From: Vitrella brassicaformis CCMP3155
Taxonomy: Eukaryota; Protista; Chromerida
Direction of reading: 5' to 3'
NCBI GenBank assembly: GCA_001179505.1
Contig: CDMY01000868.1
Span: 1-14,299 of the forward strand
Length of the DNA stretch: 14,299 nt
The first letter of the stretch is position 1. Each line of letters opens with the position of its first letter. Position numbers and translations under genes: made by a program. Positions 1-8,686 of the stretch are shown here, piece after piece. The notes beneath the pieces were generated by a model. The model was given only the letters and a program-made list of their open reading frames with translations, had not been told where the DNA came from and did no database searches.

Positions 1-441
1 GTCAAAGTTGTTTCTGTCCATGTATGGCATCATGAAGGGTGGTCAACACAGATCTCACTTCGGTGATGGCTGATAAGATCGTGTCTCCTCAGAATGCTTT
101 CCTTGTCTTTCCTTGTCTTCTCCTCTCTCTCTCCGTTACACAGCAATCTACCCTAGCTCACAAGCTCGCAGTGGTTCGTCTTGCCAAGCTGGCAATCCTG
201 ACATGATGGCGACCGACCATGGTGGGTATAAAGGGAGCATGGTTCTACATGACACTCATGCAGACCGACGCAGCACCAGAACCCTTCAGATTGCCCTCAG
301 AAGACGTATCTGCACATGATGCCGTCCAGCCGCCCGGCTATCTACGCATAACAAAACATACTACAACCGACAAACGGTGTGAGAAAAACACTTCCTCGGC
401 TTCGAGTCTGATATCTGTCTGTCTATCTCCCAATCCGTCTT

Positions 442-522
442 TCACTTCTCTAGCAGGCTTGGTGGCACCGGTCCAACCTTGGTCAGCACATACAGCTCGT
501 TGCCGAACCCGCGGGCTGCATC

Positions 523-553
<31 letters not shown>

Positions 554-1636
554 ACACATCGATCGGATGGATGGATGGATCTGTATGGCCCCTCAGCTCA
601 CCTATCCTCAGATCCTCATCCACATAGGTGGTTTCCACCGGTCCACCACCCCGCCGTCCCTCCCTGTTGAGATTGACCTTAGGCCACGGCCAGTTGCGCG
701 GCACCAGCTGCCCCAAAAAGGTGTCGGGCTCGAACGCCACGCTTTGGAAAGTCAGGTAGAGTTTGGAGTCGCTCTCGACCTCAGCCGACGCCCTCACACG
801 CAGCCGGGCCACGGTGCTGCCCAAGAACCGATTGGCCACCGAATCGAACTGAGGCTGCAGCTCGACCACGTTCTCGGCTGCGTTGACGACGCCGTCGAGG
901 TTGACGTTCTGGTACACCTGGCCGACCTGGACAGCTGGGATGAGACCGAGAAGCAGGACGTCGAGGGCGTTGGTGAATAGCAGGCGCCACTCGCCGTTTA
1001 GGGGCGATGAGCCGTCCTTCATCAGGTTCGGCTGTGGGTTTGGGTTGACGCTCTCGAGCAGCTCCAGCACCTGTCAGTCAGATCGGATCCGACGCAGCCT
1101 CCCATGTGTGCATTTCTATGTGGCCGTACGTGTGTACGTGCATACCTCTAAGATGTCTGCCGAGTCAGGCCGCTTGGCGTTGAACCCTCGATTCACACCT
1201 GCCCATCACACACACACACACACGCACAGAAAGAGAGAGAGAGATGAGGACCAGTCCTGCATGTGTGACCGTCTTGCCGACCTGGGCACATGAGGTATAG
1301 ATCTTTCTTGAGCTTAGCCCTGTCCATGGTGGGGAGGATCTCAAGAGGCCGTGCAGAGGGCGAGGGGGTGTCCATGGCCGTGTCGGAAGGTGCATCTGTT
1401 TCATCACCCTCCGAGGGATCTGCCGAAGAAGGCGTGACGGTTGTCGCTGCGCTCCCGGTGCTCTCCTTCTGCGCATAGAGGGGCACCAGCCGCCGTGCAT
1501 GACTATTGTAATCTGCCACTCTGGACGGCCCTGTCCTCCAGTGGGAGTGAGTTCGCAGCAGCTGCACGAAGGCATCGCTTGGCAGCAGGAAGAAGGCTTG
1601 AAGGATGACCGACAATGCTGCAATCAGGCGCATCAT
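442..1636 (-). CDS. Plastid lipid-associated protein / fibrillin (PAP_fibrillin family), 4 exons: complement(join(442..515,602..1070,1146..1198,1282..1636)), 316 aa, with bipartite signal + transit leader
   Basis: Manual splicing with GT-AG sites and consistent phases gives one 951-nt ORF. It contains fibrillin hallmarks LKKDLYLMCPGVNRGFNA, ILEVLELLESVNP, LNGEWRLLFT, GQVYQNVN, VETTYVDEDLRIARGFGNELYVLTK. N-terminus is a hydrophobic signal ending SDA|FV followed by an S/T/R-rich transit region. Confidence 0.9.
523..580. repeat. (CA)n plus (GATG)n microsatellites in fibrillin intron 3 (representative of many intronic microsatellites in the window)
   Basis: Directly visible. Confidence 0.9.
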
Positions 1637-1799
1637 TGGAACGAACGAACGAACGAACCTCCCACACCGATTGCGAGCTCAGATGTGTTGATCTTCGTGG
1701 GAGGATGGAGAGCCTTTCAGGATGTCTGTGCAGTGCATGAACCGAGTGATCTCGTCCCTCCGCCCCGGCATCTTCCCATCTGTAGCCCCCTCATGCGCG
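1637..1799. promoter_or_regulatory. Putative compact bidirectional promoter between the fibrillin and DUF179 genes
   Basis: Divergent start codons at 1636 (-) and 1800 (+; or 1722) leave only 85-163 bp; contains an (ACGA)n run at about 1641-1657. Inferred from geometry only. Confidence 0.45.
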
Positions 1800-4621
1800 A
1801 TGGCATCTCTGGCGTCTGCTCAGTCGGCGGCAGCCAGCCCGCTGGCGGCCCTCACCAAACCCCACCTGAAACGTACGCAGGCTGACAGGCAGACCGACAC
1901 ACGGGGAAAGAAGCAGCTGGGATGACATGGGGAGGCCTCATACGGATGGATGGATGGATATCAATGGTGTGTGTGCTGTCTGTGTGTGTGTTTGTCTGTG
2001 CTGCACTCAGTGTACACGAAGACCTACCGGCTGCTGAGTCGGCTGACACGCTGGTTCGATGAGCAGAGCGCCTACAAGGCCTTCCTCAGTGAGACCTACA
2101 GATACGACCGCGGTCAGCCACAGATCATGGGATGGGCACGGCACACACGAAGCTTGCGTGTTGTGTGTGTGCGAGAGAGAGATAGATCGGGGGTCGGGGG
2201 TTTGTTGCTTTGGTTGCAGAGTCGAGCAGCGCGTTGTACAATGCCTTGCTTCAGGAGTACTTGAACAACGCGCACTTCTACCTGCCCAGCCCCTTCAGCA
2301 AGGAGCCGTCGCTCACGAGATTCCTCCAGAGGAAACTCAGGAAACACTCCGACCCAAATGTCAGTGAGTGAGTCAGGAGGGGCACCTTGCCCCCCCACAC
2401 ATGGGCGATGCAATGCTTGAGTGGGTGCCTTGCTGTGTGGCGTGCAGACTATACTCGAGCTGCTGGACGCGGCTTTCTGTGCAATAAGGCACCTCAGCAG
2501 GGTGAGTGAGTGAGTAGCCGACCCTTTATCGACCACCTAGAGATGCATGCAGGCAGGACGCCCCCTTCCACCCTCCCTCCCTCCGTCTCTCCGTGTGTGT
2601 GTGTGTGTGGTTCAGGTGAGGTCGAGCTGCATGGACGTGGCTCTCGAGGAGCCTTACGTTTGGGAGAGCGACGAGGAGCGGAAGCGCACCAACAGCGCAC
2701 TCGTCATCGACGGCTCGGCCGTGCAAAAGGGTCAGTTAGGGGAGCGGGCAAAGAGAGCCAACATGGCCATGTTGGGTACTTGCTTGTTGTCGGTGTCAGG
2801 TCTGTTTCTCCTCGCCCACCCTTTGTCGACTGACATATGGTCAGCACATACATAAGGCAGCATTAAGACCGACGAACACTGCCGTAGTGTGTGTGTGTAT
2901 GTGTGTGTGTGTGTGGCTGGTCTTCAGGAGCCGCAGCGTGATTCTGATCCATAACCGGCACACCAACGGCAGCGTCGAAGGCACGCAACCACACATACAC
3001 AACACACTCAGGTTTCGTGTATGTGTGTATGTGCGTATGTGTGTGTGTGTGGCCGCATTGTGCAGGTGTGATACTGAATCGTCGCCCTGGTTCGTCCCGT
3101 TCGATTCGCCGCCATGTGAGTCAGCACTACAAGGACTTCTTCACTCACAATGAAGTGAGTGAGTCAGTGAGGAATCCAGACAGACAGACACCATACCACC
3201 CACACAACCAACACAACCAACACGATCGACACAGCACACTGACCGGCCCCTTTCCTCTGTGTCAGCGGCACCAGCAGTACTGGTCCCCCCCACCCTCCAC
3301 CGCCCAGCCATCCGGCCAGTCGTACAATCGGCGAGATTTCTGGTTCGGCGGCCCTGTGGCCGAGAAAGTGCTGTTCCACGACTGCAGACCACTGGGAGAG
3401 GAGGTCAGCTGCTTATGGGGGGAAAGGGGAAAGAAAGGTCAGTCTGTCTCTCTCTGTCGTTGCTTGGCGGTCCGTGCGTGTGTGTGCAGGAGGTGATTGC
3501 CAGTGTGATGTATCGCGGCTACAAGCGGCCCTCTGGCGGTGTGGCCAGTGGCGCCATGCAGAGGCAGCAGCACCAGCCCCCCGCTGCGCAGAACCCCACC
3601 ACAGCAACACTCGGGCAACACAGGCAAGCCACACCCACTCGCACAGACCCACACACCACCGACCACCGACAAACGATAATTGCATCTTATGTGCGTGCAC
3701 TCGATTTACTGCACTAACTGCAGCAGCCTCTCAACGGCAGCAGCCTACTCGTTCAAGCCCATATCGCCCATTTCCCCCTCCCCCCACCACGTGTCCGTCA
3801 TTCACCCCCCCACACACACCACCGCCCAGACGGCCACTGAGTTCCACCAGCCGATGCCGCATCGTCCAGCTGGTGGCTCCATGGCCGGGGTGCATGAGCA
3901 GCCGACTGCGGCAGCCAGCGAGACGGCGGCAGCCAGTGAGAGTCCGGTGGCTAGCAGCGGCAACCGGCCCAAGTTGAAGCCGACACGGGTACTCACCTCG
4001 CCCACACAAATTGAGAGGCATGTGTGTGTGTGTGTGGGGGTGTGTGTTTGTGTGCGTTTGTGCAGCAAAAGAAGATGATCGGCATTGCGGGGTGGGACCC
4101 CGGGCAGCTGGAGCAAGAGCTAGAGTGAGTGAGCTGCATTGCATCCACACCCACACCCACGCCCACGCCCACACGACCGACGTGACGTCCACAGTGGAAT
4201 GTCTGTCTGTGTTGCTGCTGCTTGCCTTGCCTTGTCTTGCCTTACCTTGCCACACACACACTAATCAAATCCAATCAACACACAGGTGGGGCTACTGGCT
4301 TCCACTCCAGTGCAGAGGTGAGCTGAGGTGGGCGAGCAATACGAGGGATGACGGCGCACCAAACACCAGTGCAGTGAGTGTGTGTCGTGAATGTCAGATG
4401 CCGACATAGCGCGGCGCATTGTGTGGTGTGGGGACCGAGATGACACCTGGAAAAGGCTACTCAGGTGCCCTCGACACACACATCCATGTGGCTGTGTCGA
4501 TGGATGGATGGATGGATGGATGGATGGACGTGTGTGTGTGTCAGTTCGCTGTCGCCCTGCTATGGTGAGATGAGCCGCCTTAGCACCAAGGCCGTGCAAC
4601 AAGTCATAGAGGCAAGTAACA

Positions 4622-4656
<35 letters not shown>

Positions 4657-4775
4657 CAGCCATGCAGCAAAGGCAGGCAGCCAGGCAATAGGATGGGAGC
4701 TCATCTCCGTCTCTCTCTGTGTGTGTGTGCATCTGATGTGTCCGATAGGGTTTTGATGACGGCGATGATGACTGA
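1800..4775 (+). CDS. DUF179 / YqgE-AlgH-like protein with N-terminal extension, 16 exons: join(1800..1872,2011..2112,2220..2359,2448..2501,2616..2730,2800..2839,2928..2980,3066..3154,3266..3403,3490..3623,3724..3988,4066..4124,4286..4317,4398..4464,4545..4611,4749..4775), 484 aa
   Basis: All exon phases chain into a 1455-nt ORF. DUF179 motifs occur in canonical order: GLFLLAHP, WSRSVILI, GVILNR, FWFGGPV, GEEEVI, IGIAGWDPGQLEQELE, WGYW, TWKRLL. An upstream in-frame ATG at 1722 is possible, and the last exon (GFDDGDDD*) is the least certain. Confidence 0.85.
4499..4526. repeat. (GATG)7 microsatellite in DUF179 intron 14
   Basis: Directly visible. Confidence 0.95.
4620..4656. repeat. Compound (AC)n(AG)n microsatellite in DUF179 intron 15
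   Basis: Directly visible. Confidence 0.9.
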
Positions 4776-5099
4776 CTGACCGGACGGGTGGCCACACAGC
4801 CGCGTGTGTGTGGTAGTGTGTGTGTGTTTGATGTGATTGGCTAGACAACATAATCAATACGTCTTGTGGTTTGCTACTCGAGGGCGCAAAAATAAATGGA
4901 CAGTCAGTGCCTGCGAGCCAGCCAGCCTCTCATGGTCTGCGTGGACAATGCTGAGCTTTGGTTTGGTTTGACTGAACCAATTCCTGACGAACACATAAAC
5001 GTCGATTTGACACAGAAACTCACTAATCCATCCACAGATGCATTCAGTCAGTCATTCCCCTCTGCGGCACACACACACCGATTGCCAGCCAGCCAGCAC

Positions 5100-5992
5100 T
5101 CAATCCACCACCCACCCCCTGTCGATGACGTCACGCTCCAGCTCAAATGCCTGCAGCAGACGGCGGGCGGCACCAACAGACACTGGATAGCGGTCGGCGA
5201 GCGGCTGAGACCGATCGGCGGCAGATGGCTCCGTCGTGCGCAGGTCGATGTCGCCGTACCCCACCCTCAGATGGGCGGCGACGGTCTCGTTGGGTCGGAA
5301 GCCGCTCACAATCACACGACGAAGGTCAATCGGATTCGCGGCATTCAGATTGAACCAGACGTCGCGGTAGTCGACCGCGATGCCCTGATCCTCACTGATG
5401 TCGTCAGTCCTCACTAGACGGCCATACCGATTGTCACCACGGCCGATATTTGCTGCGAGCACCCTCCTGTGACCCACTCCCTCTTCATGTGACCAGCTGA
5501 GAAGCGCGTAAAGTAGAAATGCCGAGAATGAGTGATAGAGCCAGCCGCCAGATCGGATGACGGGATCGGTCCTCTTGTAGCCTTCAGCATAGGGATGGCC
5601 GCCCGGCAGCTCACCCAACGGCACCACACGAAACGGCGCCTCGTTGCCCATCCGATACTGTCCGTTGTCGGCTTGCTGCAGCGCTAGGCTCTGCCCGCTG
5701 TGTGTGAGCAGGTGGCCGAACGACCGATAGATGGCAATGGCCAATGGCAGCTGATGGAATGCCGTCCTGCTGGGAAGGTGGGCTGTCAGCCACTGAGCCG
5801 ACAGCACCAGGGGCAGCCCATTGGCAGGCGTCAGCCGATAGATGGCGGCCAGCCGGATGAACCGCCCCATCCCAGGCCACTCGTTGCTGCCCTGCTCCAG
5901 CACATAGGCCGCCCGCAGCACGTAGCTGAATGGGAGAGGGGCGGTGCGGTCGATGTCGATGAGGCCGGTGAGGGAGTGGCGGGCGAGGGAGC
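5100..5992 (-). CDS. Unknown family, subfamily A copy 1 (A1); 5'-partial because the start lies in or beside the N gap; intact C-terminus
   Basis: Open frame from the gap edge to TGA at 5100-5102 (SLARHSLTG...YVLEQG...FHQLPLA...GELPGGHPYAEGYKRTDPVIR...SGFRPNETV...SQPLADRYP...DVIDRGWVVD*), clearly paralogous to the ORFs at 8687-9904 and 12769-13882. Confidence 0.8.
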
Positions 5993-6292
5993 NNNNNNNN
6001 NNNNNNNNNNNNNNNNNNNNNNNNNNNNNNNNNNNNNNNNNNNNNNNNNNNNNNNNNNNNNNNNNNNNNNNNNNNNNNNNNNNNNNNNNNNNNNNNNNNN
6101 NNNNNNNNNNNNNNNNNNNNNNNNNNNNNNNNNNNNNNNNNNNNNNNNNNNNNNNNNNNNNNNNNNNNNNNNNNNNNNNNNNNNNNNNNNNNNNNNNNNN
6201 NNNNNNNNNNNNNNNNNNNNNNNNNNNNNNNNNNNNNNNNNNNNNNNNNNNNNNNNNNNNNNNNNNNNNNNNNNNNNNNNNNNNNNNNNNNN
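5993..6292. other. Assembly gap (300 N)
   Basis: Directly visible run of N. Confidence 1.
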
Positions 6293-6813
6293 GGCACCAT
6301 GACTCCATACGTAGATACCGCCCATTCCCAGGTGGCCAGCCAGTGCAGATCGCCCAGTCACACACAAACACGCCCTTATAACAACCACGCACGGAGTGCT
6401 GGGGGTGCATGAGAACGCACCGCCGCCCTCTCCAGGGCGGAGAGGGGCGGCAGGTGGCCGACCCGCAGACACCCCCAGTGCACGCCCATACACATATCAC
6501 CGCCGGGATAAGTAGGAGCGCGGCAAGACACACACACAGCATCCCTTTTGCGAGCTTGGCTTGCAGAGCTCTCCTGTTTCCGGGCATGTGTGCGAGGCCT
6601 TCAGGACAGTCTCTGCCACACACGAAGACCCATCGTGGTGCAATCGATCTGCATGCTGCGAGCTGCCATCATCCCTGCGACGCCGTTTGGATGCTCTGAG
6701 GTCAGAGAAGGGCAACCAGGAGGGCCTGATGACACCAGCAATGACATCCCTGTGTGATTCCTCTGTGTGATTGTCGCAGAATCTGCGACTCACTAGGGGC
6801 TTCTTCCGCCGGC

Positions 6814-8061
6814 ATGTTCACCGATGTGTGGCGATGGCTGAATGGCTTATTCGCGGTGAGCCACGCGATGGGAGCGGCAGCCTACAGTGAAACGGTCTGT
6901 CTGTGTTGATGTTAACTGCAGACATCCTCTGACGCATCAGCCACTGTCCCTGCCGCTCATGTGCCGCAACACCTCTCACCGACGGTCGCCGAGTACGTCA
7001 GGAGCTACTCACAGCTGGAGGCCCTCATCGACGCCCATCCCACCCAATTCACCGCCGCCGTCCTGCTGCCCATCCTCGAGCGGCGGCTGTCCGCCGTGGT
7101 GGCCGCCATCTTTGGTGGCCTGGTGCAGGTGCCCCTACCTCAGCTCACCCAAGGTGCGGCCACCACTGCCCTCATCGACCAGCTCAGCCGCCGGCTCTTC
7201 ATCCTCGAGAGGGGCGGCGACTGGGACAGATGGCGGCCTCACCTGGAGATGCTGTACTTGCTGAGGGGCGAGAGGGCTGTGGTGCTGGATGACGACAACT
7301 TCGGTGTCTTCGGCAGCCGGGCGGCCTTTCTGGATGAGAGGGAGGCCGTCCGGCAGTGGAAGATACTCAGCTGGGGGGTCACTGTCAGGGATGATGATGG
7401 CCAGCACAGACGACTGATGGGCGGCAACTGGATTTTCCGCCACAGCTTCCACACGAGCGGCTTCCATTTCCTCAACCCCCGCGCCTCTGCCAGCCCCGTC
7501 TTCCCTAATGTATTCGATCCCGCCAATCCGTCCACAGAGCTAAAGGACTGGACGAGCCCTAGCTACACCTCCATGGTGGCCTTCGTTCTTTTCGGCTGGC
7601 TCTATAATGGCGATCACATTCGTTGGATCAAATCCTGGCGGTCTTACAATCCTGCTTCCACTGCATCTCGGCGTGTAGGTAAGCTGCTGGCGACCTCTTC
7701 CAGCAAAGTGGCACAGAGGGGGGCGGGGGCGGCCGTGTTCGACAAGAAGTGGTCTGCCCGGGTGGTACGAAAGGGAGATCCATCATCGGTGCCGGACGGG
7801 AAGATAGAGAGCCACCATCGGCGGCTGGTGGTGTTTGGCAGCGAGGCGATGGGCGAAAGGCACATGGCGATCATTTGGCTGAGCGATCGGGAGTGTTATT
7901 ATCCTCGTGATGTCTTCATCTATTCAACCGAGCCGGCCCCCCACGGGAAGACGCGCACTGTCGTGATGAGAGTGCTGGGGGAGCACCTGGAGGGCAAAGT
8001 GTGGCAGCTGGAGAGGGAGGTGGACGAGGACAGGCAAGCTACGGCCTGCACTGTGATGTGA
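6814..8061 (+). CDS. Unknown family, subfamily B copy 1 (B1): join(6814..6855,6922..8061), 393 aa, C-terminal CaaX (CTVM)
   Basis: The long ORF is open from 6922. A phase-0 intron 6856-6921 (GCG|gtgagc...gttaactgcag|ACA) links it to ATG 6814 (MFTDVWRWLNGLFA). Strong paralogy to 10775-12055. Confidence 0.8.
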
Positions 8062-8138
8062 TCGGGGGCTTTGCCGTAAGTGTGTCGACTGTTCATCCAG
8101 GACAGACAGAGAGATGCTCGGCGGTCAATGAGAGGGGA

Positions 8139-8162
8139 GACAGACAGACAGACAGACAGACA
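8139..8162. repeat. (GACA)6 downstream of the B1 stop
   Basis: Directly visible; B2 has (GACA)5 at a similar distance from its stop. Confidence 0.95.
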
Positions 8163-8686
8163 GCCGGGCAAGGGCTTTTTGCTCTCTGCCCGTCTGCTTG
8201 CATGGGCCTCTGTGTCCGTTCCCTTGGCTGCATCCTGCGTATGTCTGTCTGGTGAGTGAGGCATGACGTGGCGTGTGTCTGTGTTAATGGCACACGGGAA
8301 TGAATCAGCCCCGTGTCATTTGATGGGCAAAATGAAAGACAGTGAGTGGTTCTGCTGGCTGACGGGTTCATATGTCAGTCAGACGCGCACACACAGATGG
8401 ACAAACACACCCATAGACTCACTCGCATACTCACACACACACACTTCTTATGACAGACACACGGCATCCATCGAGTAGGTCCCTTGTCTGTCTGTCTGTC
8501 TGTCACACCCTCATCAACACAGCAGCCGACGGCGTCGGCCGGTCACGTCCTGTGATCATGTTCATCAGTGTGTGTGTCATGATGTTGTCCGTGCAGGCCA
8601 AACCTGCCACCGAAACAGTTGACACGTCGCTCAGGATTGAGTGGTTCATTCAGTCATGCAGTCAGTGAGCCTGACAAAAAAATGAG

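Noticed and set aside
144-206. Possible terminal exon of an upstream plus-strand gene (polypyrimidine tract then acag|CAA...QSTLAHKLAVVRLAKLAILT*)
   Set aside because: The acceptor looks real, but there is no upstream exon in the window, no recognisable protein and the phase is unknown.
219-980. 253-aa plus-strand ORF
   Set aside because: Antisense shadow of the fibrillin exons and includes translated (CA)n (HTHTHT).
4261-4857. 198-aa minus ORF and many short ORFs rich in HT, CV, DR or MDGW repeats
   Set aside because: Translations of intronic microsatellites.
5993-6623. N-terminal part of the 507-aa ORF 5100..6623 and other ORFs containing X runs
   Set aside because: The frame is carried across an N gap of estimated size, and the translated 6293-6623 segment has no similarity to A2 or A3 N-termini.
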